Shown in pieces: positions 15,571 to 31,620 of a DNA stretch of 64,000 nucleotides. This stretch comes from the human T2T-CHM13v2.0 reference genome, Homo sapiens: NCBI RefSeq assembly GCF_009914755.1, contig NC_060946.1; one strand, given 5' to 3'. The notes below the pieces were generated by a model. That model searched no databases, was not told the origin of the DNA, and was given only the letters and a program-made list of their open reading frames with translations. Made by a program: the position numbers and the translations under genes. The first letter of the stretch is position 1, and each line of letters begins with the position of its first letter.

Positions 15571-16472
15571 CCGAAAACACATTAAAATTTTTCTTTTTGG
15601 AAAACCATCCAATCAGCCAGAGAGACACAGAAAAAAAGGAGCTTCTCCAGTGCTCCCCACACACCCCCGCCACCACCCCTGGCCGGGCTCTGTTCTGCTG
15701 GCTACTTGGGGGAGTCTCAGGCCCTGAATGATCAGGGACATGTGGCCTGGCCTAGAGGCAGCTGAGGCAGGAGGGAGGCCATCTGGTGAGGCGAGAGGTA
15801 GCGGTCAGGACATTGCTGAGTCCGCTGAGGCATCCCCTGGCAGTCACAAGGGCTTCTGGGATCAATTAGCAGAACCACCCTAACAGGGCTCATGGCCCCT
15901 GACGCAGGCACGTGTCCTCAGAGCCTCTTGACAGCCTTGGCAGCCAGGAATTGAAAGGAGGTGGGGGAGGGGGATGTCGGCCTTTCCCCTGTGCCTGGCC
16001 TCGCCTCCAACAGCTCAGCACAGAGCCTCCCCGCCCTCCCCATTAGGCGGAGGCTGCCGGCCTTCCAGAGCCTGCACTTCTTATTGCCTTGCTTCTCCTG
16101 GTGTTGTGGGTGCAGCAACAGTCTGCCTCAATTTTCACATATGTAAAATGGGTCATATACTAATTAAAGATCACTTCCTGGAAATAAAAAAAAAAATTAT
16201 CCCTTTTTCACTAAGAACAGGTGTTGAATCAACAGCAAAGGAAAAGACTCCTTTATTTTTTGAACAAACAGCTCCTAAGCCCCTACTGTGAGTCAGGCAC
16301 AGACAAAGAGAGACAAATGAGGTGTTTGCCATGCTTGGGAAACACGGGAATTCTGGGGGGAGATGGATGTGTGTGAACTGATTCAGTTTGAAGAGGTCAA
16401 AGAAATGAGAGGATTCAGTAAACTGCTTGGTGTGGGAGGGGGCTTTAAGGAAGACTTCACAGTGGAGGTAGC

Positions 16473-16678
16473 ATTTTTTTTTTTTTTTGAGATGGAGTTT
16501 TACTCTGTGGCTGATATCTGTGGTATGTGCCACCACACCCGGCTAATTTTTGTATTTTTAGTAGAGATGGGGTTTTGCCATGTTGGCTAGGCTGGTCTCC
16601 GACTCCTGACGTGAGGTGATCTGCCTGCCTTGGCCTCCCAAAGTGGTGGGATTGTAGGCGTGAGCCACTGTGCCCAGC
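16473..16678 (-). mobile_element. Internally deleted Alu
   Basis: TSD tggaggtagcattt at 16463 and 16679; most of the right arm is missing. Confidence 0.85.
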
Positions 16679-16970
16679 TGGAGGTAGCATTTGAGCAGGA
16701 ATTCCTCAGGCAAAGAATAGGGTGCAGGTCCTCAGGGCAGGGAGAATGGTAGGAGCCCAGACTCAGAGGTGGGGAGCTCAGCATCTTGGGGAACAGCAGC
16801 CATAGATGGAAGCATGAATGGAGCTGGGGTGACTTTGGGCCAGTAGGAGCCAATCAGAAATGAGCTGGTGGACTCCATGAAGACAGGACTGTCCATTTCT
16901 TATTCCAGCCACAGCACTGGGCTTGACACATAGTTGGAGCGGGACAAATGTTGTTAAAAGAATGAAGGAT

Positions 16971-17856
<886 letters not shown>

Positions 17857-18489
17857 TCATGTGGTCAGATATGTATTATAGAAAGATCAGGTGAGACTTG
17901 TTTGGACTGGGAATGGCTGGGAGGAGGAGGGGTTGGAGGGAGGCTCTTATGGGTGGACTTGATGGCAGGGGGACAGAAGGGGCATCTGGGGAGAAGAGAC
18001 ATCCCTGGATCAGCCCATGGCGGGCAGCAAGGTACAGGGCTATGTCCTGAGCCAAGGCCAGGATCTGGCCCACTTGGGCCTGTGGAACTCACTGGGGGAT
18101 GGGGATGGGGCAGTCAAGGGAGAGACAGAGAAAATGCCCCCACTCCTCGGCCCCTCAAGGTCCTCAAAGTGGTAAAATAAAACCCACTCCAGATATAGCC
18201 ATTTGCAAAGTCAGTTTTCAGGTAATGAAAGGATTGTAATGGAAAAACAATGCCAATTACAGCAGCATTATCCGGGATTATAAAGCTTCTAAGAGGCGGC
18301 TCACACCTCCAGGCATGCTGTGCCTGGGAATTTCCAGGGTAGACTTGGGATCAGAGCATACAGGCTGCCAGGATCCAGGCCTCACAGTGGGCGTGGGCTG
18401 CTGGGGAGGCCCAACCCCTGGGGCTCTATGGATCTGCCTCCATTTCCCCAAAGAGATAGAATACCGGGAGGCAGGAGGACCCCCCCAAC

Positions 18490-18491
<2 letters not shown>

Positions 18492-18528
<37 letters not shown>
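18492..18528. repeat. (CA)n microsatellite
   Basis: About 18 CA units. Confidence 0.95.
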
Positions 18529-18530
<2 letters not shown>

Positions 18531-18670
18531 CTGAGAAATTGGATAAGAGGAATGTGAGGCTGCCAGCCCATCTCTGAAGGAAACCTGTTCTTCTGTGGGC
18601 TTCCCTACTCCTGGGGACACCACATCCCTCCATGGCTCTTTCTGCCTCCCCCATCACCTCCCCTACCTGG

Positions 18671-18728
18671 CCTTGGGGACAGCAGGACTGCACACATGCC
18701 CTTGGGGACAGCAGGACTGCACACACGC
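18671..18728. repeat. 29-bp tandem duplication
   Basis: ccttggggacagcaggactgcacaca at 18671 and 18700. Confidence 0.85.
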
Positions 18729-18999
18729 CGAGGCAGCCCAGCGTTGCTCCTCCTGGGCTGTGTGACCTGGAGCCAGTCAGCTGTTCTGAGTGGTAGCTTC
18801 TGCTTCGATAAAATGGGGAGATCACCCCTGCCCACCATCACAGACCTATTTTCAGGATTAAATGAAATATTCTAGATAAAGAGTCCGAGGAATAGAAACC
18901 AGTCCAACCTCGGGGCCTGGCGATTTGGTGGTGACTGTTAGAACAGTGAACTTCTATGCACTGGGTCCCAGGAATCCCTCCTCATTTCCCATAGGGAAA

Positions 19000-19460
19000 G
19001 TTTTGCAGATGTGTGTGTGTACAAGGATGTTCCCTGCAGCCCCTTATGTGAGGTTGAAAAATCATAAACAACTGAAAAGGCCTTCGATAGGGGGCCTGAT
19101 TAAATTAGGATCCATCTGTCCTGCAGGATCCTTTGCTGTAATTGGAGTCTGGCAGCTCCTGTGTGCTGTCTCCGGCAGATCCCACCACGTGGGGCTGCAT
19201 CAACAAAGCAAGTGCAAACAACACCTACAAAATGAATGCATCGCGGCTGTTCGGAAGCCCGCACGGCGCTCCACATTTTACATGTTCACAGGTAGACACC
19301 TAGATGCCATAAAAGCAGCGACGAAGAAAACACTCCCAAATGACCCGATTGGTTACTACTGGGGAGGGGACGGGTATGGAGGCTGGGAGGTGGCAGGTGC
19401 ATCAGAGGAGTTTCACTTTGCTGTAGTTTTAATGTTTCACTGTAACATATGCTTCTGTCA
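19000..19460 (+). mobile_element. Highly diverged L1ME-like 3' fragment
   Basis: gtgtacaaggatgttc...aaaaatcataaacaactgaaa...gattaaatta resembles ancient L1 3' regions; identified by eye. Confidence 0.45.
19428..19433 (-). terminator. Distal poly(A) signal ATTAAA of NFAM1
   Basis: Plus-strand tttaat = ATTAAA on the gene strand, at the expected end of the transcript. Confidence 0.6.
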
Positions 19461-20077
19461 CCCACATATGTCACCTCCAGACACACACAAAACACACGCC
19501 AACACCAAGTTCAGAGAGTCTGGCCTGACCCGCGCTCAGTCAAGGCTGAGGCCATCATTCTGACCACAGGTCAGGGAAGGGAGACTGGGGAAGCCCCCTC
19601 AGGTGGACAAATGACATCCCCTGGCATTGCAAGGAATGGAGTGACGCCACTCAGCCTGGCTGGACTGAGCCAACGGCCCACCTCTCCTGCATAAGCTGTC
19701 TGCCAAGAAAACTATTGAACTACATAAAAATCCATCCCTGAAATCCCAGAGGCATCTTTAGAATGGAGCATGGACTTTACATTAGAATGTGCTTTAACAA
19801 AAAAAAAAAGAGAGAGAGAGAGAAAGAAAAAGGAAAAGCAGGTTTTGCCTGTAACTTGAGTTCAGGTTTGTGACACTGGGTGGCCAAAGAGCACTGCCTA
19901 CCCTGGCCGAGGCCACCAGGCTCAGTTCCTGCAATATTGGCTGTGAAGGGAACCCCAGCCACACCGGGTTCAGCGCAGAACCAGCACATGTTCCCATGGA
20001 AACTCTGCTGCCAGAATCCCCTGGAAATGTTTGCTGAGGAGGGGCCACCGTTTACCGCACCCACTGCAAGTTCTGGA

Positions 20078-20282
20078 CTGGTGGTAGAGGCTGGGCACAG
20101 ACTGACCTCCAGAAGAAGTCCATGGGCCCTCTGCTAGGGTGGCACCAGACTTCCCTGGTCCCACAGGACAGCCAGTGGCCTCCTAGCTTAGTTCTGGGCC
20201 CCCGCCTGCAAGCACACGTGGCAAGGAGGGCTTCAGCAGGCTCGCAGAACCGAGTGGCAAGGCCCCTGCTCCCAGAAGCTGG
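20078..20282. repeat. Inverted repeat arm A (non-Alu) in NFAM1 3' UTR
   Basis: Reverse complement of 22441-22643, with 12 substitutions and one 2-nt indel by manual alignment. Confidence 0.95.
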
Positions 20283-21059
20283 TTTCCCAGGATGATTTTC
20301 TCAAGCAAGTGCTGACAGAGCAGGAGTCAAGCGGGGGTGGGGTTGGAGGCTGAAACCCATTGAAGGGGTCAACTTCCTAGAGGCAGGCAGGGATGCCTGG
20401 GGGTGCCAGACGTGGCTGAGATGTTTCTGCAGAGGGGAGGTTGGGAAGACCTAGGAGGGCAGGGCAGGCTGGGCCGGGAGAGATGGTGGGAAATCCCACC
20501 AGGTCAGGGGCCAGTGGGCAGAGGGAAGCATCAGCTGAGACCCAGAGACAGGGCTGCCCTGCTGCGGTAGGGCCCAGGGGCAGGGGCCTGCAGGGGCTGC
20601 CTGGGGCTTCCCTTCCCCACCCTAACTCCAGTCCCCACTCAGGACTGCTCACATCCGTCCGTCCTGGAAGGTCCACAGCTCCCCTTCACCTAGGCCTCAC
20701 CTACTCCACTCAAGCCACCCCATCCCCCTTAGCTTTTCCCCTCCAGGCCCATTCATTCAGCTCCTGCTAAGCCAGCACCCTCCTTCCCTCACCTCTCTGC
20801 TTACCTTGCTCCCACCCCCAGCTCTGGGCAGCCCTGGCCTGTCCATCTGATCGTGCTACCCCGTAGGCACTCCTTAAAGGCATGGCTGCAGAGAGCCTGG
20901 GCCCAGCTCCCAGGGAGGCCTGCCTCTCACTTAGACTCCTCTGTACTGCCCCAGAAGCCTATTCCTTCTGAAGGACGAGTCTTGAAGGAAATGCACACCC
21001 ACTGAGCTTCTGCCTGAGCCAGGGAGTCCCCTTCTGTCCTTTCTGAGACACTGAGTAGT

Positions 21060-21369
<310 letters not shown>

Positions 21370-22440
21370 TGACTGTCACTGCAAACTGAGGCTCAGGTGG
21401 CCAGTGACTTGCCCAAGTCCACAAGGCTGTGGGAGGTGGAGCAGGGATTCAAGGGAGGCCCTGAGGCCACCCAGCCTGGGTGGGTCTCAAAAGCAATTTT
21501 CTTCTCTTCCCTCCTCCACCCATTCATAGTGGAAAGCAAGCCTGCACCCCAGGAGCTCCCATTCATACCCTCTCTGTCCCCTCTCTGTTCTTCCTCCTCC
21601 CGCCTGCCCCATGCACCTCCCACCCTGAAGTTCCCTGCCACCCCTCGCCCTGTGCCAGCTTGTCTCTGCAGGCTCTCAGTCCTGGGGGCTGGAGAACAGG
21701 TGCTCAGTCCTCTTTGCTGCCCACAGAAGTCTCAGAACATTCTTGCCCCACCCTCCCTTGGGCCAAAGCCCTTTAGGGTCCCGTCCTTTCATGCTGTGCT
21801 CTCCTCCTCCTCCTCCTCCTCCCTGCCTCTCTCCTTGCTCACTGAAGACCTCAGCACCCACTGCCTCCCAGCCTTGCCCTGAACCAAGCACAGACGACCA
21901 CCACGCTGGCAATGTCTCTGTCCACCAGAGGGGTGATGGGTCAGCCCCCAAGAACCTCCTACGCCACAGGGAGGAGTTGGAATTTTATTCCAAGTGAGGC
22001 AAAAACCATGCAAGGTATAGAGCAGGGGAGGCCAAGGCCAGGTGTGGGTTTAATCGGGGTCTGTCGGTGGCAGGGCAGCTGCAGGGAGGCCGTGTTGGTG
22101 ATGCCTGGGCCAGGGCACAGTGGTAAAGTTTAACCCAGGCTCCCCTGTCTACCCCTGAAAAAGACTGGAAAATGCTGAGTCCCAGCCAAGGGTCCAGGGT
22201 CTAGGAGCTGAGGTCAGAGAGGCCCAGGAGGTGGGGGAGGCAGGCCCAGTGAGGTGGCCCTCTCCTGGTCTTGCTGGCTTCGGTTTTCCCAGGGGAGCTC
22301 ACTGCACCCTGAGCGGCATTGTCCCCCATTGCCCTGACCCTTGCCCCCACCTCCTTGGCTGGTGGAGCCAGGAGCCTGGGAGGCCCCTGTGCACACCTGG
22401 CAGCTTCACCTCCCCAAACAGGCCCGGAGTTCATTCAAAT

Positions 22441-22643
22441 CCAGCCTCTGGGAGCAGGGGCCTTGCCACTCGGTTATGTGAGCCTGCTAAAGCCCTCCTT
22501 GCCATGTGTGCTTGCAGGCGGGGGCCCAGAACCAAGTTGGGAGGCCACTGGCTGTCCTGTGGGACCAGAGAAGTCTGGTGCCACCCTAGCAGGGCCAAGG
22601 GACTTCTTCTGGACGTCAGTCTGTGCCCAGCCTCTACCACCAG
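22441..22643. repeat. Inverted repeat arm B (non-Alu) in NFAM1 3' UTR
   Basis: Reverse complement of 20078-20282. Confidence 0.95.
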
Positions 22644-24164
22644 CTTTCCCTTCCCTGCAGGGAGGGGCATGACCTGCAGAACCAAAGGTGCTTCTGTGAG
22701 CCAGTAGCCCAGTGCTGCTTGGGGGCAGGGGCGGGGCCTGTGCCTTGGGTTCCCCCCCCTCCCTGGGCACATTTGGGGTTGGGGCAGCCCACACGGTGGG
22801 GTGGGAAGATTGACCTGCCCATTTTACAAATGAGCAAAGGTGGGAGAACTCAGGGAGACATGGGGGAGCAGAGGGAGGAAGCAGAGCCCAACAGCCCGGG
22901 GCACCCGGACCCCAGCCACTGCCTGCCTGTGGATGGGTTTCTGGCCACGGTGCAGGGCTACTGCGAGGAGGAAATGAGGGTGATGTGGGCACCTGAAACA
23001 GCAGAAATGGCTCAGGGCCAGGCACTGGGGAGCCACTGTCCCCATGGGGCTTGAGCTTCTGCCTCAGAGGGACCTTCCGGCTGCCATTGAGGGTCCCAGC
23101 ACCAAACCCCACAGCTGGACCACTTGGGACCTCAATCCACAGGGGGCCAGGGCTGCGGCCTATGGCAGATAAAGATAGAGGAGGAGGGCTGGATGAAGCC
23201 ACAGGTGGTGGGCACAGGATAGGCCAGACAGAAGGGACTTTGGGGGACTCCACCTTGGGTAGAAGGAGGGACAGCTGAGGTCCTGTGGTGGAGAAGGCCT
23301 GGAGCAGAGGGTGACCAAGGAGATGACACAGTGCACGTACAGGGCCAGGCCAATGGGAGTGGGAACCCTTGGGAGAGGGAGCTTCAGGCCATTCATTCAG
23401 TTCCTGTTTAGCCAGCACCCTCCTCCCCTCATCTGTCCCTCTGCCCTCACCCCAACATGCCAGAATCTCCTTCCTCTCCAGCTTGTACCCAAGCCCTCTC
23501 TGCTCCATGCCCCCAGCCTGCTGACCACCTCTCAGCCATGTCCTGGGCCTCCAGATCTGTCCCTGATCCTAGTCTTGCCTCTGAGGGGTCCATCATCCTT
23601 GTCTGTCCCCCAGACCTCCCACGCCAGCCCCTGCTCCCACCCTGCCTGGCTGCCTCGTGCCTCTGGCCCAGCTGGGTAGGTAGGGATTTGCATAGCTGCT
23701 CCCCAGCTCCTCCATACCTCGGCTCCCCACACAGCACTGCTAGGCGCCCCTGCAGGGTCCTCCCTCAGCTCAGAGGCTGCCCTACTGGCTGAGGTGCAGG
23801 CTGGTGCCAAGAGAGCATGCTGCTCTGTCAGCATGAGGCAGTGAGCAGGGCTCTGGGCAAGGGTGGCATCCAGGAAAGCCCTTGAAGACTGAGGGGCGCT
23901 TTGCTGGTTGGGCCAAGGGAGGAAGGGCCTGCCTGGCAGAAGGAACAGCCTGGGCAAAGGCCCCAAGATGGGAAAGCCTTGGTGGTTGGGGCATAGAATG
24001 GGGGGGCAGTGGGGCCGGCCAAGACAGGAAGGGCCTTGAATGTGAGGGTGAAATGATGGGGTGTCCCTGGGGGCCTTACTCCCAACTCAGATCAAGTCCT
24101 TTGGTGGCAGGGGCTGCCCCGGTCCTCTGACCCAGGGCAAGCTCTATGAGCGGTGGAGCCCATC

Positions 24165-24224
24165 CTAGAGATTTTCATAGACCAGGTTAAGTTCGCCATC
24201 ATCTTCGAATCTATGCGGTCTCTC
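24165..24224 (-). CDS. NFAM1: NFAM1 last coding exon (exon 6 CDS)
   Basis: ERPHRFEDDGELNLVYENL-TAG; long polypyrimidine tract ending TTTCTATCCAG|GAG. Confidence 0.96.
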   Translation of the reverse strand, partial: ERPHRFEDDGELNLVYENL

Positions 24225-25095
24225 CTGGATAGAAAAGAAGAAAGGGAGGGAAGGAGAGAAAGAGAGAGAATGACCATTAAGAATGAACTTGCACTAATTT
24301 AGTTTTAGCCAGAGGGCAACAGATCACTTCCTGTGTAGCTTTGATGGGGGGCCTGCCCTCTGTCTCCAAGCCCACCTCCCCAGCCTCTTCCCCCACCATG
24401 CTGCCCCCACCCCTGCCCATTGCCCTCCAGCCACATGGGCCTGCCCTTCCAGCCTCAGAGCTTCCCCCACAGCTCTGCCCTCTGCCTTCTGCCCTATGTG
24501 TGGGATGCGCCTCCTCCCACAGACACACCTGTTCCATGACTGCCCCCTACTCACTCTGCCTGCGGGCTCATCATAGGGTCCCAGGGACCCCCTCCCTCCC
24601 TCCCCACCCTGGCTGGTCCCTCCCAGAAGAACACCCCTCACAACAGGGCTACAAATGCCTCTGTGTGTCCATGGGGTCAGCGACCTATTCCTGCAGACTA
24701 TGGCTCCCAGAGGGTAGGGACATGCCTAGTTCTCCTGTCCAGCACCCCAGGGCCTGGCACAGGGTGGGCACTGCCGGAGATGTCCCTGCTTTCACTCAGG
24801 GTCTAGTTGAGGGCTGAGTATAGAAAGGGCTTTGAGAACAGGCGATTTAACAAATAGTGCCAGCCCGAGCCAGAGAAGGCCAAGTGCCAGGCGCCCGCAC
24901 TCCCTGACAGATGTTCCAAGAGGCCTGTGGGCTCCTGTTCTGGCTGAACAACGCCTCACGCTTGACGGTGCTGGAAGCTCTGGTGCAGATGTTATTCAGC
25001 TTGGAACACATTTGAATTCAGAGGCAGTTGGTATTGCAGGAAAACACTGCTCATCCACTTTACAGATGAGCAAACAGGTTTAAGAGAGAAAGTAT

Positions 25096-25556
<461 letters not shown>

Positions 25557-25992
25557 TTAGCCAACACCAACCTGGGGGCAGCTGGAAGCCTAACACCCCT
25601 GTCTGACTGACCATGTGGACACTGTGCCCAGTGATAGTTACAGTGGCTCATAGTGCATGGGCACAGCTGGGTCCCAGGCAGCTCTCTCAGTACATTCTAC
25701 CCTCACTGAACATCTATGAGGTGGGTACTGTTAGGTTGCTCAATCTGCACACAAGGAGATTCAGACACAGAGAAGTCAGACACCTCGGCCAGGGCTGCAC
25801 AGTGGCTAAGGGACAGAGCAGGAACTCAAACGCACCAGTCCTCTTAACCAGCAGGCCAGCTGCCACCAGGAGATGGCTGGGATTCCACAGCAGGTGGCTC
25901 ACTTCCATGTCCCATTTGCCCCCCCACTTCACCAGTGATGGGAGGGTCAGATGGAGCAAGAAGCCAGGCTTGGTGCCCCAGCGCCTGTGTAC

Positions 25993-26082
25993 CTGGGAGA
26001 GGGGGCTCTGCTTGGCGGTGGGTGAGCTGCCATCCTCATTCTCGATGCAGGCATAGACCTCGGTCTCGCGGCGCTGCAGAGC
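25993..26082 (-). CDS. NFAM1: NFAM1 coding exon 5 (90 nt, phase 0-0), remainder of ITAM
   Basis: ALQRRETEVYACIENEDGSSPTAKQSPLSQ; acceptor TCCTGTAG|GCT, donor CAG|GTACAC. Joined to exon 4 it gives YTAL-x7-YACI (ITAM). Confidence 0.96.
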
Positions 26083-27149
26083 CTACAGGAAACGGGGTGC
26101 CAGGATCAGGGGCAAGTGTGTAGAGGGGCAGTCCCTGGCCCCAGCAGCCAGCCCCCTGCCTGTTACACACCCCACCGTGGGAGCCCAGGGGAGGGTGAAG
26201 CCCAGCCACACCTTTGCACCTGCCACCCCCTTTCCCAGAGTCACCTTTCCCCTTCCCTGCCTGTAAAGGGCTGACCCCTCTCTGTTCTCGGCCACCTCCC
26301 TAACCTCCCTTAAGGACCTCCAGTAGAGCCTTGTATTCCACCTGGAGGGTTCTATCCAGGCTTCCACCTGGCTGGCAAGAGAAAGGGCCAGGCCTCCTCC
26401 TGCTGTCCCTGCCTGTCCCTAGGCTCTTAAGGGCTTGGCAGCCAGCAGCCCCCTGCATGATACCTGTGGCCACTGCTCCAATAGGATGCCCCCATGACCT
26501 CTGCCTTCACCCCCCTGTTCAAAGCCCCGGCCCCTGTGAGGGTCCTCCCACCCACCCATACCCTCTAGCTCTCCCCAACCCCCACCCCAGCCTGTATTCA
26601 AGGATAACCCAGGCACCCACTGGGGTCACACTCCCTGGTCATCGAGCCTGTGCCCTGCTGGGGGATTCCAGAGTCCAATCCTGGTTCTCAGCACACCCCT
26701 CATCCCCCTTGCCTGTCACTTTCCTTTCATTCCCCTCAGCCACCCCTCCTGGGCCACCTGGGCTGCTGTCATCACCCATATGCGCCTCCCTGGAGGTCTC
26801 AAGCTCCTGCCACCCACTCTCTGACCACGGTCCCCCCATAGCCCAAGCCTCCTCCCAGGAAGCCCGAGTCAGTATTGAGCTCAGCTGGGCTTGGAGGCCC
26901 TGTCCCTGGCCTCACGGCTCCTGCACTGGGTCATGTCGGAGTCCTGCTCCCACCAGCATCTCACCAGATGGGAACCCCTTGAGGGCAGGGACCATGCCTA
27001 GTCTATCTCTGGGTTTCTGATTCTACAGCTGTGCTTGGCACAAAGGGAGCAGCACCAAATGAGCTATGGTAAGGGGGCTTCCCCGTCACTCGGGTGTGTC
27101 CTAGGCCCACTCACTCTTGGCCCAGCTAAGAAAGGCCTAGCCAGAGACC

Positions 27150-27392
27150 TCAGGATGGTAGAAAGAACCGGGGCTTTAAAGTCAGACAAGAGTAGGTTCG
27201 AATCTCGGCTCTGACTGCGCCAGCCAAAGGCAACCCCTTAACCGCTCCATGCCTCAGTTTCCACGTCTGTAAAATGGGAATAATCACATCTATTTTGCAG
27301 GTTCAATGCATGATTAAATGAGATACTGTGCACAAAGGGCCACACACACAGTCAGGGAAGTAGTAGGTGCTTAATAAACTGCTGTTGAATGG
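27150..27392 (+). mobile_element. MIR SINE
   Basis: Core gcctcagtttccacgtctgtaaaatgggaataat...attaaatgagata. Similar MIR fragments lie near 1.6-1.75, 2.1-2.25, 5.0-5.2, 13.7-13.85, 25.7-25.85, 36.7-36.8 and 39.0-39.13 kb. Confidence 0.75.
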
Positions 27393-28590
27393 TCAAGAGA
27401 AGCATGAGGCCTGCCCACCTCCCCTCTCTGGGATCACAGACCAGACCCTCCCTCAGAACCTGTTGGACTCCGGAGCAGAGCCCACCAACAGCCTAAGCAA
27501 GAGCAGAAGCCTTTCCTTCCTGAGTGTACGTGTCATATGGATGCCGGCTGGTTGCCAAGGAGGCGGTTTCCCTGGCAACAGGCAAGCAGGGGTTGCTGAG
27601 GCAGGCTGGAGAGACAGGTGGTGCTCAGAGGCAGGAGGAGGGCGGGAGGCGGGAGGGAAGGAGGGAGGGAGGCAGGCGCCAAGAGGCAGCTGGGCATGAA
27701 AATCCAAGTAATAAACCATTTGGCACTTGGGAGACCCTCACTTCAAGGGCATCAGACATGGGGATGGTGGGGCGGCCCTGAGGACGAGTTCAAGGGGTCT
27801 CTGAGCCAGAAACAGGCTGGGTCTGGGGAGAGGGGCTTCCAACCTGCTTCCTTGTAGGAAAGGGACCAGGGCTGCCCCAGGAAGAAGCCTCATTTGGAAT
27901 GGAGGGAAACTTCCAAGTCCTGCCCTGCCTTGTGCGGCCTTCGTGCCTGTCCGGAGCACCAGCCACCCCAGCTGGTCTGGCACCCAGGATGGGAATGTTC
28001 CTCTGTGGTCCTGTGCCCCCAACCCTCCACCCACCCAGGCCCAGACCCCTTCTAAGTCTCACAGATCTGACAGTCTCTCTGAGCTGGATGATTCTGGTCA
28101 CAGAGAAAAGGGAGGGGAGCAGTCTCCTTGCCCATGTCTCGGCAGGGGAGTAGATCTGGGGTTCCCTCTCCCTCCTGTCCAGCTCAGCCGGGCTGCCCAG
28201 AACACATGAGCCCAGAGAGGGCAGGTGATGCAGGGCCAGAGAAGACTAGCCTGCCCTGGGATGCTGCAGGCCCCCAACCCATACAGTGGGGGAGTCGGGG
28301 AATAGGCGAGTGGGCGGTGGTGCAGTGGGCAGGGCAGGAGCAGCTGCGGGGCTGAGAACAGGGGAGGCTGCGGAGGTGGCCACCAATTAGCAGCTGCTGA
28401 GTGAGGCCTTGACAAGTCCTGACCCGCTGGGTGCATTTATATGCAGGGTATGACCTGCATCACCAGGCTGTGAAATGCAGGGTGCAGCCTTGGCAACAGG
28501 ACACCCTTTGAGCTCCTGAACCATCCCCTCCTGGCCCTCCCTTAGGTATGCCTGCTGGGAGATTGCACAGGCCTTGGAATGGGCCACTTG

Positions 28591-28720
28591 TGGGGCTGGG
28601 GCTGGGCTGGGCTGGGGGTTGGGGGCTGGGGTCTGGGAGGGTGCTGGGCTGTGGCTGGGCTGGGTGTTGGGGGCTGGGGGGCTGGGCTGGGCTGGGCTGG
28701 GGGCTGGGCTGGGCTGCGGC
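28591..28720. repeat. (GGGCT)n-like G-rich tandem repeat
   Basis: Degenerate gggct/ggggct pentamers over ~130 bp. Confidence 0.9.
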
Positions 28721-29538
28721 TGTTTGTCTGGGATCCAGGCCCCCCAGGCCCTTTGCCTCCTGCTGCCCAGTGGGCAATGGTGCTGACCCCAGTGATCATC
28801 CAACTGGCAGAGGTGTGAAGTCAATGCTGAGGCCTTCTCCAGGCAGGCTGAGGCCAGAGCTGAAGTTAGTGTCCCTGGGCCTGGACCTAGTCTGAGAGTC
28901 CTGGGCATTGGGGGTGATGGGTGAGATCTGGGGGTGTTGTTCGGGAAGGAACACACTCCGTGGAGAAGCAATTCAGCTCTAGACCAGGCAGTGGAAATGG
29001 GGAGCCCCTGAAGGCTTTCCTCACCATGCATCAGAGTCGTGTGTTAGAAAGGTCCCTCCGGCAGCAGCTCAGAGCAGGAACGGGAGCAGGAGGGCCTGGA
29101 GGCTGAGAGTAAGATCGAGGATGCTGGGCCAGGCTGGGCTGGGACAGAGCCGCCGGGTGGGTGGGGGTTCTGAGTACTGCTGCTGAATGAGGACGCAGAT
29201 CACATCCTGACGCCTCACATTTGCTACTGAGTGTCCCCACTTCCCTGTGCTGGGCCCCGTGGAAACCCGGACACCCTGGGAGGTAAGAACAGGCTTCTGC
29301 CCATCATATAGTAGGTGACCCCTGAGCACTTACTGTGTGCTGGGTGCCAGGAGGCTCTAGATTGACAATAATCACAGTAAAAGGTAGCCATGAAGGCACT
29401 GGAGAGACTCAAAGAAGGAAGATAGGGAGGTTGGGATGGGACAGGAAAGGGAAGAGGGGGCAATTTTGAAAGGGAAGTCAGGAAAATGCTGCACTGAAAG
29501 GTCCCATGAGGGTAGAGAGCTGAAAGAATGAGGGAGCG

Positions 29539-29861
<323 letters not shown>

Positions 29862-29944
29862 TCAGGAAGGCCACCCTGGGGCGGAGGGAATAGCCAGCAC
29901 AGAGGCCCAGGGCGCTGACCTTGACCCTTGGTGAGAGGGGAACC

Positions 29945-30280
29945 TCTGCAGGACCGTGGCGGTCGTAAGAACTGCTTCACAGACCTCCACTTCAAGGGAT
30001 CGGAACTGACCAAGGGCTCAAAACCGCCCAGCTGCTGGGCCTTGAAACCTGTTACCACATTTGCATGGAGGCCACATGCCTCTGACCTGGGCACTCCTCA
30101 CACCCCTAGGCAGTGTGACGGTTTAGGGGCTTCCTTCCCTTGGGATCAGACCTGCTCCGCGGAGGGGCTGCTCTCCCAGTCTTCCCCAGCCCCTTCCTCA
30201 TCTTCTCTCCCAGAGGGTTTCTCTAATAAACCCCTTGCTCACCTAACCCCATCTTGGTGTCTCTGTCTCAGAGGGCTCTG
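29945..30280 (+). mobile_element. Old ERVL-type LTR remnant (LTR16-like)
   Basis: 3' end ctaataaaccccttgc...catcttggtgtctctgtctcagagg resembles ERVL LTR termini; identified by eye. Confidence 0.45.
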
Positions 30281-30284
30281 AGCA

Positions 30285-31620
<1,336 letters not shown>

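Noticed and set aside
19940-20070. Possible extension of the inverted repeat pairing with 22650-22760
   Set aside because: Only short scattered matches (e.g. gggaaccc); not alignable by eye.
22474-23508. Longest ORF in the track (344 aa, minus strand)
   Set aside because: Lies in the GC-rich NFAM1 3' UTR; Pro/Ser/Gly-rich with no recognisable domain or splice structure. Expected by chance at this GC content.
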